DNA of 64,000 nucleotides from Candidatus Krumholzibacteriia bacterium (GCA_963836185.1 CAWIIQ010000003.1:128001-192000); one strand, 5' to 3'. Shown: positions 44,181 through 55,042, counted from the first letter of the stretch. Program-made: numbers and translations. Notes: generated by a model from the sequence alone, not told the origin.

Positions 44181-45968
44181 ATGAGTGAAATACGCAGCAA
44201 CTGTTCGATCTGCTCCCTCGCCTGTCCTCTGATACTCAGGGGCGGCGGCAGGAGCCCGATCTTCACGAACGAATCGGTCCTTTCGCTGGACTGGGACGAT
44301 AGTGAGGATTCAAAGTACGGCGGAAGCCTTTGTGCCCGCGGGGCGGCGATGGTTGAACTCATCTCCCATCCCGACAGGCTCAACTACCCGTTCGTTCTCG
44401 GAGAGAGGACCTCGTACGAGGCCGCCGTCAAAGACGCGGCGAAGAATCTCTCTGCCGTAAAGGGCGAAGCCGGCGGTGACGCCATCGGCGTTCTGCTCGG
44501 CGACAGCCTGACGAACGAGGAGGCGGCGCTGGCGCTGAAATTCGCCCGAGAGGTGATCGGCACCGAAAACATCGCCCTCATGGCCCCCGACGATGTCCCG
44601 CTCTTCAGGGCGTGGACGGGGATCGACCTTTCCGGCCTCACTCCCGCCGGGCAGAAGCCCGCTGGCGAGAGGCAGGTCTTCCTGCTCGTCGGAGATCCAT
44701 TCACCGAACATCCATGCACGGCAAAGGCCGTAGCGGCGGGCAAGTTCGGCGGCAGGGGGAACGAGGTTATCACTGTCAGCCCCGAGAAGAACCACTCGGC
44801 GTGGTTTGCCAACAGGCATCTCGCCTGCAGGCCCGGAGGCGAACCGGCGGTCCTTGCAGGACTGCTCAAGGCGGCGGCCGCGAAGAGCGGCGCGCAGCTG
44901 CCCGGTGAACTCGGCAAGCTGGCCAGTGCCATTGACTGGAATGAGATAGAGCGTCTCGGCGGCGTCTCGAAAGATGATATCGAGGGCGCGGCAGCTTCGA
45001 TGCTGGGAGCCGCCACTGTCGAGACTCACGTTTCGAATATATTCGGACGCTTCGGAGCGCCCGGCATCGTAGCGGTCCTGGCCGAAGCGGTCACCCGGAT
45101 CTGCCCCGGTGAAAGTCTTTTTGACGCCCAGTTCGTTCAGCAGAACACATGGGGGATCTGGTCCGTACTCGCGGGCGCGGGAATGGGCAAGACCCTGGCG
45201 AACATCGCTTCGGGCGGAGTGCAGGCTTTCATCCTTCTCGGGATAGACCCGTTCTCGGTCTTCCCCGCCGCTCCGGTGGAGAAGGCCCTTCGCGACAGCA
45301 AGTTCACCGTAGCCACGCAGCTCTTCCGGGGAGCGGCCGCATCAGGCGCCAATGTCGTCATACCGGCGGCGACCCTTGTCGAGAAGAAAGGCACGGTATC
45401 GCCCTCGTTCGACGAGGATATCGTCCGCGAGAGTACGATAGACCCGATAGCAGGGGCGGTCACGGACGGACAGTTCCTTACCGACCTGGCCAGGGAGATG
45501 GGAGCGAGGCTTGAAGGCGCTGCCGTCGAGAGAAAGACCGGAAGGACAGGAGCCGGAGAGAGCCTCGTCGCTGACTGGGCTGGTTACACGGCGGATATGA
45601 AGAGTCTGGAAAACGCGGACACAGTCTTGATTCCATGGAGCGAGGCGGTACATGCCGCGGACGGATCGATCAGCAGGAACCTCTTCTGGTCAAAGGTCAC
45701 CTGCCCCGAGCCGGAATTGATGGTCTCCATGCAGATAGCTGAAGAAATGAACCTTCGTGACGGTGACCTCCTGAAGATCACCTCCGAGGGCGGAGAGGCC
45801 GTTATACCGGCCACGATAACGGGTAAGCTCGAGGGAAGGACCGTCGCTGCGACGATACACTTCCCCTCGGTCCGCAAGCTGTTCCCGTGGAAACTGGATG
45901 AACGTCACGGAGAGATAAGCCTGGCCCCGGTCGCGGTGACCCTGGGCAGGCAAAGCGAGAAGAGCTGA
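44181..45968 (+). CDS. Molybdopterin-oxidoreductase-fold (Fdh/NuoG-like) subunit without Mo-ligand Cys/Sec
   Basis: N-terminal CSICSLAC...LCARG, DRLNYP, LTNEE...KFAREVIGT, VIPAA..EK.GT, C-terminal dinucleotide-binding domain. Confidence 0.8.
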   Translation: MSEIRSNCSICSLACPLILRGGGRSPIFTNESVLSLDWDDSEDSKYGGSLCARGAAMVELISHPDRLNYPFVLGERTSYEAAVKDAAKNLSAVKGEAGGDAIGVLLGDSLTNEEAALALKFAREVIGTENIALMAPDDVPLFRAWTGIDLSGLTPAGQKPAGERQVFLLVGDPFTEHPCTAKAVAAGKFGGRGNEVITVSPEKNHSAWFANRHLACRPGGEPAVLAGLLKAAAAKSGAQLPGELGKLASAIDWNEIERLGGVSKDDIEGAAASMLGAATVETHVSNIFGRFGAPGIVAVLAEAVTRICPGESLFDAQFVQQNTWGIWSVLAGAGMGKTLANIASGGVQAFILLGIDPFSVFPAAPVEKALRDSKFTVATQLFRGAAASGANVVIPAATLVEKKGTVSPSFDEDIVRESTIDPIAGAVTDGQFLTDLAREMGARLEGAAVERKTGRTGAGESLVADWAGYTADMKSLENADTVLIPWSEAVHAADGSISRNLFWSKVTCPEPELMVSMQIAEEMNLRDGDLLKITSEGGEAVIPATITGKLEGRTVAATIHFPSVRKLFPWKLDERHGEISLAPVAVTLGRQSEKS

Positions 45969-45972
45969 GGTT

Positions 45973-46452
45973 ATGGAGAAGAGAATCTATATCAACATGA
46001 ACCTGTGCACCGGGTGCCGCGCATGCGCTGCCGCCTGCGCCCAGGGACACCATGACCAGGGACTGCTCAAGCACGGAGCCGTGGAAGAGGTCGCCCTCAT
46101 GCCTCTCCACTGCAGGCACTGCGACACGCCGCTCTGTCTCGAGGTATGTCCCCAGGACGCGATCCAAAAAGACGACGACGGCACGATCATACGCAAGAGC
46201 CAGCTCTGCATCGGCTGCAAGTCGTGTATCATGTCCTGCCCGTTCGGTGTGATGTTCATGCATTCGACATGGCACGTGTCGCCGAAATGCGACCTCTGCT
46301 ATGATCGGCTGGAAGAGGGAAAGCAGCCGCGCTGCGTCGCGACATGTACGTCGGGGGCTCTCGTATTCGAGGAGCTTACCGACCTGGAGAAGAAACACAG
46401 GCACGCCGCTGAAGGCGGGCGTTATTTCGCCCGCTGGATGCTGGAGCGTTAG
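45973..46452 (+). CDS. Poly-[4Fe-4S] electron-transfer subunit (FdhB/HycB-like)
   Basis: CTGCRACAAAC, CRHC..P.C..VCP, CIGCKSCIMSCP, KCDLC...C...C. Confidence 0.9.
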   Translation: MEKRIYINMNLCTGCRACAAACAQGHHDQGLLKHGAVEEVALMPLHCRHCDTPLCLEVCPQDAIQKDDDGTIIRKSQLCIGCKSCIMSCPFGVMFMHSTWHVSPKCDLCYDRLEEGKQPRCVATCTSGALVFEELTDLEKKHRHAAEGGRYFARWMLER

Positions 46453-46464
46453 CGGAGAGGACCT

Positions 46465-47398
46465 ATGGACGCTGCGAAATATCTGCTCAACTTTCTGATA
46501 TTTCCCGGGTTCCTTTTCACGGCGGTCGTCGGCCTTCTGACGACGTGGGTGGACCGGAAGGTCACCGCGCGGGTACACTGGAGGGTCGGCCCTCCCTGGT
46601 ACCAGCCTTTTGCCGATACCGTGAAACTGCTCGGGAAGGAAGTCATAGTCCCCGCGGGGGCAAAGTCGACCGGATTCCTCATCGCCCCGGTCATCGGCCT
46701 CGCCGGCGCCACTCTGGCATCGACGATCCTGTGGATGACAAACCTCTATCCCACGTCGTCGTTCGTCGGCGACTCGATAGTAGTCCTCTACATAATGACG
46801 ATCCCCGCCGATCTCGATGATCATCGGGGCGAGCGCATCGGGCAACCCGCTGGGAATACTCGGCGCGGCCCGCGAGATGAAACTGCTCTTCGCGTACGAG
46901 CTTCCTCTGGTGCTCGCGATGCTGACGACGGTATACAAGGTCGGCAGCTTCTCCATCGAGGAGATAGTGAGCTTCCAGTCCTCCAACGGGGTCATGCTGG
47001 GAAGCTTCTCGGGAGTCATAGCGTTCATCGTCGCGATATTCTGCGCTCAGGCGAAATGCACGCTGCTTCCTTTCGATATTCCCGAGGCGGAGACGGAGCT
47101 GGCGGGAGGCTCTCACATCGAGTATTCCGGGGCGCCGCTTGCCGTCGTGAGGCTGAATATGGGCATCATGTTCTTCGTCGTGCCGGTATTCATCATCACG
47201 ATGTTCTGGGGCGGAGTATCCCTGGAAGGCTGGAGGATCCTCACGACGATCCTCAAGTATGTGGCGATCGTAACAATAATGGTCCTTATAAAGAACACGA
47301 ATCCCAGGGTGAGGATCGACCAGGCGGTGCGGTTCTTCTGGGGTCCGATGCTCGTACTTTCGATTATCGCAATGATCCTGGCGGTGCTGGGGTACTAG
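46465..47398 (+). CDS. NuoH/MbhM/HycD-like membrane subunit (extra base near 46809)
   Basis: DRKVTAR..RVGPP.YQP.AD.VKLL.KE; AYE, PFDIPEAETE, EYSG, PRVRIDQ. Confidence 0.92.
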
Positions 47399-47416
47399 AC
47401 GGCGGAGGCTCTTTAA

Positions 47417-47830
47417 ATGTCACTGGCGCTGAAAGCTTTAAAGAAATCGCCCTGGGTCTTTCACGTGAACACCGGCGCGTGCAACAACTGCGACATCGAG
47501 GTCCTCGATTGCCTGACGCCGAGGTTCGATGTCGAGAGATTCGGTATCGTTCTCGTGGGCAGCATAAGGCACGCAGACGTACTGCTTGTCAGCGGTCCGG
47601 TCACGCGCAACGTCCTGCCCCGGCTGAAGAGGCTGTACGAACAGGCGCCGAAACCGATAAAGGTGATCGTGCTCGGTGCTTGCGGATGCCGCTGCGGCAT
47701 CTTCCGCGACGGATACAATATCATCGGGCCGGCAGACAAGTTCATACCGGTCGACGCGTATGTCCCCGGCTGTCCCCCCAAGCCGGAAACGATCATAGCG
47801 GGGGTAGTAAAGGTTCTTGGAACACTCTAG
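47417..47830 (+). CDS. Group 4 [NiFe]-hydrogenase small subunit (NuoB/MbhJ-like)
   Basis: GACNNCDIE, GAC, PGCPP. Confidence 0.93.
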   Translation: MSLALKALKKSPWVFHVNTGACNNCDIEVLDCLTPRFDVERFGIVLVGSIRHADVLLVSGPVTRNVLPRLKRLYEQAPKPIKVIVLGACGCRCGIFRDGYNIIGPADKFIPVDAYVPGCPPKPETIIAGVVKVLGTL

Positions 47831-47858
47831 GGATGACGAACACGGGGAAACAGGAAAT

Positions 47859-48380
47859 ATGGAACGGGAAGAAGTAAAGAAAAGAATCGCGGAGAAGTTC
47901 GGCGGCAAGGTAGAGATAGCCGACCGGTCGGAGAAGAGGGTCTATATATACGCGGAGAACGAGATCTGGGTCGATCTCGCCTCGTTCCTCTTCAACGATC
48001 TCGATGCCAGGTTCGATACGGGCGTCGGTATCGATGACCGCGACGGCGTCGAGGTCATGATGTTTTTCCCCTTCGACAAAGAACATTATTTCGTGACGAT
48101 CAAGACCTTCGCGAAGAAGCCGCATCCCGAGCTCGATTCGATCTCGCCGGTCATCCCCGGAGCGAAATGGATCGAGCGTGAGATATGGGAGATGTTCGAG
48201 GTCAACTTCCGGAACCATCCCGACCTCAGGCCGGTACTGAGGTCCGACACGAGGCCCGTTGACTTCTATCCCCAGAAGAGGGAGAACAAGACCAAGCACG
48301 AGATGTCCCGGAACAAGCTCGATGGCCAGGAAAGGGCCGACGAGGTTGCGGGAAGGCCCGAAAAGGGGAAGAACCCGTAG
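47859..48380 (+). CDS. NuoC/MbhK-like subunit
   Basis: SIS..IPGA.WIEREI.EMF.V.F.NHP. Confidence 0.9.
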   Translation: MEREEVKKRIAEKFGGKVEIADRSEKRVYIYAENEIWVDLASFLFNDLDARFDTGVGIDDRDGVEVMMFFPFDKEHYFVTIKTFAKKPHPELDSISPVIPGAKWIEREIWEMFEVNFRNHPDLRPVLRSDTRPVDFYPQKRENKTKHEMSRNKLDGQERADEVAGRPEKGKNP

Positions 48381-48426
48381 ATGATTTTCAGGCCGCAAGG
48401 CTGTGTTGATAAAGAGGTGAACAGAA

Positions 48427-49632
48427 ATGGTTAAAAAGATCCCGATCGGCCCGTTTCACCCGATTCTCGAGGAGCCCGAATTCTTCGAGCTCCACGTCGA
48501 CGGGGAAAACGTGGTCGATATCGACATGACGATCGGCTGGAGCCACAGGGGGATCGAGATCCTGTCCGAGTCGAAGACCTGGGACCAGGTTCCCTTCCTC
48601 GTGGAGAGGGTCTGCGGCATCTGTTCCTGCTCCCATCCGTACGCCTATGTCAAGGCGGTCGAGGATCTTCTGCAGGTCGAGATCCCGAAGCGCGCCCAGT
48701 ACCTGAGGATCATCACCGCCGAGCTCGAGAGGCTGCACAGCCACCTGCTCTGGACCGGGCTTGCCGGCCATTTCATCGGCTACAACACGGTCTTCATGTG
48801 GTGCTGGAAATACCGCGAGCCCCTTCTCGACGTTCTCGAGGCTGTTACGGGAAACAGGAACCATTACGCGATGATGCGCATCGGCGGCGTCAGGCGCGAC
48901 ATCCCGGCGACGGAATTCGGGATGGTCCGTGAGCTGCTCGACTTCATCTGGAAGAAGAACGACATGCTCACCAACGCGATCATCGACGATCCCGTGATTC
49001 ACGCCAGGACGAAGACTGTCGGCATCTTCAACAAGGACCAGTGCCGTCTCTACGGCGCCCTCGGGCCGACGGCGAGGGCCGGCGGATACAATATCGATGC
49101 CAGGCGCGATCATCCGATCGATGCTTACGGCGAACTCGATTTTAACGTCATCGTCTGTGAGAACGGCGATGTCTTCGACAAGGCTGTCGTAAGGCAGCTC
49201 GAGAACTTCGAATCGATAAAGATCATCAGGCAGTGCCTCGACAAGCTCGAGGAGATGGGCCCGATGAAGGACGACAGCGAGCTCTGCATGGAGATCGGCG
49301 AGGTGCCGCCCGGCGAGGGCATCGGGGTATACGAGGCCCCGCGCGGCGAGGTGCTTCACTACATACGCTCGAACGGCGGGAATATGCCGATGAGGCATAA
49401 GATCCGGGCCCCGAGTTTCAACAACATCCTCACGAACGAGGCGAGCGTGCCGGGCAATACGGTGGCGGATGCCGGCCTTATAACGGCGGCAGTCGATCCC
49501 TGTTACTCGTGCACCGAGCGCGTCGGGCGCATGGATGTGAATTCCGGAGAGAGGTATCTTCTTTCCGAGGGAGACCTGATAAGGATGTCGGCGGAGAAGA
49601 CCGAAGAGATCCGCAGACAGCTCGAATTGTAA
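48427..49632 (+). CDS. Group 4 [NiFe]-hydrogenase large subunit
   Basis: L1 ERVCGICSCSH, L2 DPCYSCTER, followed by a C-terminal extension of about 36 aa; EAPRGE. Confidence 0.95.
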   Translation: MVKKIPIGPFHPILEEPEFFELHVDGENVVDIDMTIGWSHRGIEILSESKTWDQVPFLVERVCGICSCSHPYAYVKAVEDLLQVEIPKRAQYLRIITAELERLHSHLLWTGLAGHFIGYNTVFMWCWKYREPLLDVLEAVTGNRNHYAMMRIGGVRRDIPATEFGMVRELLDFIWKKNDMLTNAIIDDPVIHARTKTVGIFNKDQCRLYGALGPTARAGGYNIDARRDHPIDAYGELDFNVIVCENGDVFDKAVVRQLENFESIKIIRQCLDKLEEMGPMKDDSELCMEIGEVPPGEGIGVYEAPRGEVLHYIRSNGGNMPMRHKIRAPSFNNILTNEASVPGNTVADAGLITAAVDPCYSCTERVGRMDVNSGERYLLSEGDLIRMSAEKTEEIRRQLEL

Positions 49633-49665
49633 CGTAACACTTATACGCGTAGCGGAGTTGAACGC

Positions 49666-51543
49666 ATGCATGAACTTCTGTACGTAATCGTAATGCCGGC
49701 AGCGATGGGCGTCCTCACTCTCTTCTTTCCGAAGAAAGCAAGGTTGCCAGCCGGACTGATCGCCCTCCTGGCCGCTGCCTGGATGTTCGTGAAGACCATT
49801 CAGATCTTCGCGCAGGAAGGGGCCATCGGCCCGTACGCGAAGACCGTTTTCACGATCGGGGATGTCTTCCAGTTCGATTTCGCCCTGAAGCTCTCCAGCT
49901 TCAACGCGTTTGTGCTTCTGTTCATAGCGCTGTTCGGCGTTCTGATAATACTCTATTCGATAGGATACTGGTTCAAGGACAGGGCGACACCGGGGATCTA
50001 CTATTCGTACATCCTCTGGACGCTCGCGGGCGCGGCGGCCGCTGTGCTTTCCGACAACCTTCTTCTGCTTCTCGTGTCCTGGGAGGTCCTGACGCTGCTT
50101 CTCTACCTCCTCGTCAACATGGGCGGTGAGGGAGCCGAGACGGCGGCGCAGAAATGCTTCACGATCCTCGGGTTCAGCGACGCGGCTATGTTCCTCGGCG
50201 TAATCATCATCTGGATGGTCTACGGGACACTCTCGATCTCGGCGCTTGCTATCTCAACGGGCACGACGACAGGCGTGATAGCGTTCCTGCTCCTCTTTAT
50301 CGGGGCCATTGCGAAGGCCGGGGCCATGCCCCTGCACTCATGGGTGCCGGCGATAGCGAAATCCACGCCAGCTCCCGTGATGGCTTTCCTGCCCGCTGCG
50401 CTGGACAAGCTTCTCGGAATCTACCTGCTCGCGAGGATATCGCTCGACATATTCGCGATCAGGCCGGGATCGGGCCTTTCGCTCATGATGATGATCGTTG
50501 GAGGGGTGACGATACTGTTCGCCGTTCTAATGGCCCTCGTGCAGCATGATCTTAAAAAGCTTCTTTCTTTCCACGCTGTCAGCCAGGTGGGATACATGGT
50601 CCTCGGCGTTGGAAGCGGAATCCCTGTCGCCATCGTCGGCGGGCTGTTCCATATGCTCAACAATGCCATATACAAGAGCGGGCTCTTCCTTGCCGCCGGG
50701 GCTATAGAGAAGAAGGCCGGGACGACCGACCTCGGTCAGCTCGGAGGCCTGGCGAAACTGATGCCCGTCACATTCCTGACGACTGTGGTGGCGGCTCTGT
50801 CGATCTCCGGCGTACCGCCGTTCAACGGGTTTGTATCGAAATGGCTCGTTTACCAGGGAATGCTCGAGGGGCCCAGCTACAATATCATTTTCCTCGTGGT
50901 GGCCGTGTTCGGAAGCGCCCTGACGCTGGCTTCATTCGTCAAGGTGCTTCACTCCGTATTCCTCGGAAGGCGCCAGGAGAAATTCGACGGCGTGCGCGAG
51001 GCCGGATTTACGATGCAGGTCCCGATGATATTCCTCGCGATCCTCTGTATCGTATTCGGGATCTACGCACAGCTTCCGCTCGGTGAGTTCATCACCCCGA
51101 GCGTAGCGGCAGCGACAGGCGTCACCGTGGAAGAGATGACGGTGATCACCGCATCCGGCTACTGGAACCCGGTGGCGGCGACAGTGCTTATGGCTGTAGG
51201 GATCGTCGTAGGGCTGATCATTTACGCCTTCGGCCAGACAAAACGTGTACGTATAGACGAAAACGTGTGGGTCGGCGGAAACATCCTTGATAACGAAGAG
51301 ATGAGGATTCCCGGCACGCATTTCTATAAGACTGTGACTGATGACCTGTACCCCGCCTATTCGGCGCTGTTCAGGGACGGGCAGACCGGTGCCATGGATG
51401 CATACAACATCTGGGGCAAGCTAGGCTCCAACATCGTCCAGGTGCTCAGCCGGCTTCACAATGGTATTCTGTCGACGTATCTCTCCTGGACCATAATAGG
51501 CCTGGGAGCGCTTACATTCGTTTTGATGTTTTTCGCCTTGTAG
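49666..51543 (+). CDS. Antiporter-like subunit (NuoL/MrpA/HyfB type)
   Basis: WEVL, KAGAMPLHSW, DKLLG, KKLLSFH, HMLNN, GVPPFNGF.SK. Confidence 0.9.
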   Translation: MHELLYVIVMPAAMGVLTLFFPKKARLPAGLIALLAAAWMFVKTIQIFAQEGAIGPYAKTVFTIGDVFQFDFALKLSSFNAFVLLFIALFGVLIILYSIGYWFKDRATPGIYYSYILWTLAGAAAAVLSDNLLLLLVSWEVLTLLLYLLVNMGGEGAETAAQKCFTILGFSDAAMFLGVIIIWMVYGTLSISALAISTGTTTGVIAFLLLFIGAIAKAGAMPLHSWVPAIAKSTPAPVMAFLPAALDKLLGIYLLARISLDIFAIRPGSGLSLMMMIVGGVTILFAVLMALVQHDLKKLLSFHAVSQVGYMVLGVGSGIPVAIVGGLFHMLNNAIYKSGLFLAAGAIEKKAGTTDLGQLGGLAKLMPVTFLTTVVAALSISGVPPFNGFVSKWLVYQGMLEGPSYNIIFLVVAVFGSALTLASFVKVLHSVFLGRRQEKFDGVREAGFTMQVPMIFLAILCIVFGIYAQLPLGEFITPSVAAATGVTVEEMTVITASGYWNPVAATVLMAVGIVVGLIIYAFGQTKRVRIDENVWVGGNILDNEEMRIPGTHFYKTVTDDLYPAYSALFRDGQTGAMDAYNIWGKLGSNIVQVLSRLHNGILSTYLSWTIIGLGALTFVLMFFAL

Positions 51544-51569
51544 CAAACAAAGAGGGAAAGGTATAACGG

Positions 51570-52163
51570 ATGGAGATCATTCTCCTTTTTCTGATGGTAT
51601 TCATGATAATCGGATCGATTATCGCGATCGAGACGAAGAACCTGCTTTCTTCGGTCATCTCGGTCGGCGTTGTCGGGTTCAGTCTCAGTATCATCTTCCT
51701 GATGCTTGGGGCGCCGGACATCGCGATTACACAGGTCGTGGTCGAGATCCTCATCCTTGTCGTTCTTATCAGGGCGACGGTAACGACGGACAATACCGCC
51801 ATTGAAGGCGCAAGGGATACATTCCCGTTCGTTTCGAGCCTTATATTTTTCGGGCTGTTTCTTATGTTCGCCTTTTTCGCCGTCCAGGAGCTCCCGAAGT
51901 TCGGCGAGCCCCTGATGCGTGTATCAAAGGAATATCTCAGAACGGGCACCGAGAAGACGGGCGCGACGAATATCGTGACAGCCATTCTCCTCGATTTCAG
52001 GGGTTACGATACCCTCGGCGAGGCGACGGTTCTTTTCACGTCGATAGTCGGCGCCTTCGTCATCCTCAGGAGAAAGGGCCGGAAGGGCAAGGGAGAGGTC
52101 GACAAGGAAAAATTCGGAATACTCGAGGACGAGGATATCAAGCAGAACTTCGAGGGGTTCTAG
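51570..52163 (+). CDS. MbhD/MbhE-like (MrpA C-terminal) subunit
   Basis: APDIAITQ; NIVTAILLDFRGYDTLGE. Confidence 0.88.
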   Translation: MEIILLFLMVFMIIGSIIAIETKNLLSSVISVGVVGFSLSIIFLMLGAPDIAITQVVVEILILVVLIRATVTTDNTAIEGARDTFPFVSSLIFFGLFLMFAFFAVQELPKFGEPLMRVSKEYLRTGTEKTGATNIVTAILLDFRGYDTLGEATVLFTSIVGAFVILRRKGRKGKGEVDKEKFGILEDEDIKQNFEGF

Positions 52164-52173
52164 GGAGCGCTAA

Positions 52174-52671
52174 ATGGACAGACTCGAACAGGAAATCAAG
52201 GATACCAGCAAGGGGATGACCCCGATAGTCAAGACTATCGTAAGGTTTGTGATCGGGATCATCATCATTTTCGGGGCATATATCGTCCTGTACGGACACC
52301 TTACCCCGGGCGGCGGCTTCGCCGGCGGCGTGATCCTCGCCTCGGCCTATGTGCTCCTTACGCTGGCCTTCGGCAAGGAAATGGGCCTGAGCAAGATGAG
52401 CAACACAGGGGCCTCGCTTCTCGATAACTCGGGTGCGCTGGCGTTTGTGATCATTGGGCTGCTGGGATATACCGGCGGGTACTTTTTCCTGAACTTCCTG
52501 CCGCGGGGAGAGACGTTCCAGCTGTTCAGCGCTGGATCGATACCCCTGGCGAATATAGCAATAGGCGTGAAGGTGACAGCGTCGGTCTTCGCGATATTTA
52601 TGGCCCTCTCGATCTTCGGAAGGTTCATATACAAGGCAGCCGAAGGCGATGAGCTGGAAAGCGAGGAATAA
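52174..52671 (+). CDS. MrpB/MnhB-like subunit
   Basis: GHLTPGGGFAGG. Confidence 0.9.
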   Translation: MDRLEQEIKDTSKGMTPIVKTIVRFVIGIIIIFGAYIVLYGHLTPGGGFAGGVILASAYVLLTLAFGKEMGLSKMSNTGASLLDNSGALAFVIIGLLGYTGGYFFLNFLPRGETFQLFSAGSIPLANIAIGVKVTASVFAIFMALSIFGRFIYKAAEGDELESEE

Positions 52672-52674
52672 CGG

Positions 52675-53025
52675 ATGATCCTGTATTTTCTTTCACTGGT
52701 GATGCTGGTAATGGGGCTCTACTGCCTCATCGCCAAGAAGAATATCGTAAAGAAGATCATAGGGATCGTGATCGCCGAATATTCCATCAACCTTTTCCTC
52801 GTTCTCGTGGGATACAGGCGTGGAGGTATCGCGCCCATTCTTCTGAAAGGTATGCAGCCCGAGGAGCTCGTGCAGAAGGGCGTCGATCCTCTGCCGCAGG
52901 CTCTCGTGCTCACGTCGATCGTCATCGGACTCGGAACGCTGGCCCTCATGGTGGCCCTCTGTCTGAGGATGTATGAGAAGTACAAGACGTTCGACATGTC
53001 AAAGATAAACACGCTTAAGGGATAA
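52675..53025 (+). CDS. MrpC/MnhC-like subunit
   Basis: DPLPQALVLTSIVIG. Confidence 0.92.
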   Translation: MILYFLSLVMLVMGLYCLIAKKNIVKKIIGIVIAEYSINLFLVLVGYRRGGIAPILLKGMQPEELVQKGVDPLPQALVLTSIVIGLGTLALMVALCLRMYEKYKTFDMSKINTLKG

Positions 53026-53035
53026 GAGGAGTCAA

Positions 53036-54538
53036 ATGCAGACGTATTATCCATTGTTCACGGCGATTCCGCTTGCTGCGGCGTTTCTGAACCTTCTTCT
53101 GTCGAAGATCTCGATGAAGGTGAGCGACTATATCGCGTTCCTCGTGACAGGGATTCTGGCCGTGATGTCCGTCAAGATGCTCTTCGAGGCTCCTTTCATC
53201 TATGCTGTCGGAAACTGGCGGCCGCCCTTCGGCATCCTGCTCGTCTCTGACGGGCTGAGCTCGATGATGCTGGTAGTAATCAACGTGATCGCCCTGCTCG
53301 CCGTCATCTTCTCGATGAAGTACATGTCGACCTACACGGCCAAGCCGAAATATTTCTCTCTATTCATGCTGATGATCGCCGGCATGAACGGCGTCGTCAT
53401 CACGGGCGATATGTTCAATCTCTACGTTTTCCTCGAGATCGCGTCGATCGCCTCGTACGCACTCGTCGGATTCGGCACGGGAAAGAAAGAGCTCGAAGCG
53501 TCGTTCAAGTATCTTATCCTCGGCGGCGTTGCCAGCACGGCGGTCCTCTTCGGGATCGCGTTCCTCTATTCGATGACAGGCACGCTTAACATGCCGGACC
53601 TCGCGCAGCAGCTCGAGGTGATAGGCATGACGAAGACGATCGGATTCGTGGTCGCCCTGTTCATCATGGGCTTCGGGCTGAAAGCCTCGGCCGTTCCGTT
53701 CCATGCCTGGCTGCCCGACGCTCATCCCAGCGCCCCGGCGCCGATCTCCGCGATGCTTTCGGGCGTTCTTATCAAGGCCCTCGGGATCTACACGATAATG
53801 CGCATAATGTTCAACATAGTCGGCAAGAACGAGCTGATCGGAACGATCATAATGTTCCTCGGCGCGCTGTCGATGGTGATCGGCGGCCTCCTGGCCGTGG
53901 GCCAGAAGGATTTCAAGAGGATGCTCGCCTATTCCTCGATCAGCCAGATGGGATACGTGCTGATCGCGTTAGGTCTTGCCCTGAAACCCGGCACTGAGAT
54001 CGTCGTCGCTTCACTTGCCCTTATCGGAGGGCTTTTCCATCTCGTCAACCACGCCGTTTTCAAGTCGCTTCTCTTCCTCGCCTCCGGGGCAGTAGAGTAC
54101 CGGACGGGAACACGCGACCTCGGAAAGCTCGGCGGACTGATAAAGAAGATGCCGATTACCGGCGCGGCGACCGCTATCGGCTCGCTGTCTATTGCCGGGG
54201 TTCCGCCGTTCAACGGTTTCTGGAGCAAGCTGATCATCATCCTGGCCCTCTTCCGGGGAGGATACTGGATCTATGGAACGGTCGGTGTCGTGGTAGGATT
54301 CATTACGCTGATCTATTTCGTGATGCTCCAGAAGGAAGTGCTCTTCGGGAAGCTCCCGGAATCACTGAGCAAGATCAAGGAAGCTCCGTTCGCCATGGTG
54401 CTGCCACTGGTTATTCTGGCGGCCCTCTGTGTGGCGATGGGAATCGGATACATGGCCATCGAAGGGCAGATGCTCGATTCGGCGGCGAACGCGCTGCTCG
54501 ACAAGATGGCGTACATGAACTATCTGATCGGTGGGTAG
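53036..54538 (+). CDS. MrpD/MbhH-like antiporter subunit
   Basis: DMFNLYVFLE, PFHAWLPDAHP.AP, KRMLAYSS, NHAVFK, GVPPFNGFWSK. Confidence 0.92.
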   Translation: MQTYYPLFTAIPLAAAFLNLLLSKISMKVSDYIAFLVTGILAVMSVKMLFEAPFIYAVGNWRPPFGILLVSDGLSSMMLVVINVIALLAVIFSMKYMSTYTAKPKYFSLFMLMIAGMNGVVITGDMFNLYVFLEIASIASYALVGFGTGKKELEASFKYLILGGVASTAVLFGIAFLYSMTGTLNMPDLAQQLEVIGMTKTIGFVVALFIMGFGLKASAVPFHAWLPDAHPSAPAPISAMLSGVLIKALGIYTIMRIMFNIVGKNELIGTIIMFLGALSMVIGGLLAVGQKDFKRMLAYSSISQMGYVLIALGLALKPGTEIVVASLALIGGLFHLVNHAVFKSLLFLASGAVEYRTGTRDLGKLGGLIKKMPITGAATAIGSLSIAGVPPFNGFWSKLIIILALFRGGYWIYGTVGVVVGFITLIYFVMLQKEVLFGKLPESLSKIKEAPFAMVLPLVILAALCVAMGIGYMAIEGQMLDSAANALLDKMAYMNYLIGG

Positions 54539-54556
54539 AAAAAGAAAAGGTAGAAG

Positions 54557-55042
54557 ATGAAACGCTTTGTCCACTTTCTGTTGCTGTTGGGTATCTGGAT
54601 GCTGCTGACATGGTCGCTGCACTGGCAGGACCTTCTTGTCGGGGTGATCATCGCTCTGATCGCCGACCTGATGCTTGGTGACATCTACCCTGTCAATGCG
54701 GTCAAGATCCTGAACCCGGTCCGGTTCTTCTGGTTCATCGTATACGGCATCACCTTCCTCGGGTATGTTGTCAGGGCGAATTTCGATGTTGCCTACAGGG
54801 TGCTGAACATCAATATGCCGATACGGCCGGGAATAGTGAAAGTACGGACCAGGCTCAAGACCGACCTGGCCAGGACCTTCCTCGCGAACTCGATCACGCT
54901 GACCCCGGGCACGCTCAGCGTCGACTGCGTGGATGACCATCTATATGTCCACTGGATTAATATCGTTTCGGACGATCCCGTGAAGGAAACGGAGATTATT
55001 GTTCAGCATTTTGAGAAACTGCTAGAAAGGGTATTCGAGTGA
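54557..55042 (+). CDS. MrpE/MnhE-like subunit
   Basis: PGIV, LANSITLTPGT, LYVHW. Confidence 0.92.
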   Translation: MKRFVHFLLLLGIWMLLTWSLHWQDLLVGVIIALIADLMLGDIYPVNAVKILNPVRFFWFIVYGITFLGYVVRANFDVAYRVLNINMPIRPGIVKVRTRLKTDLARTFLANSITLTPGTLSVDCVDDHLYVHWINIVSDDPVKETEIIVQHFEKLLERVFE

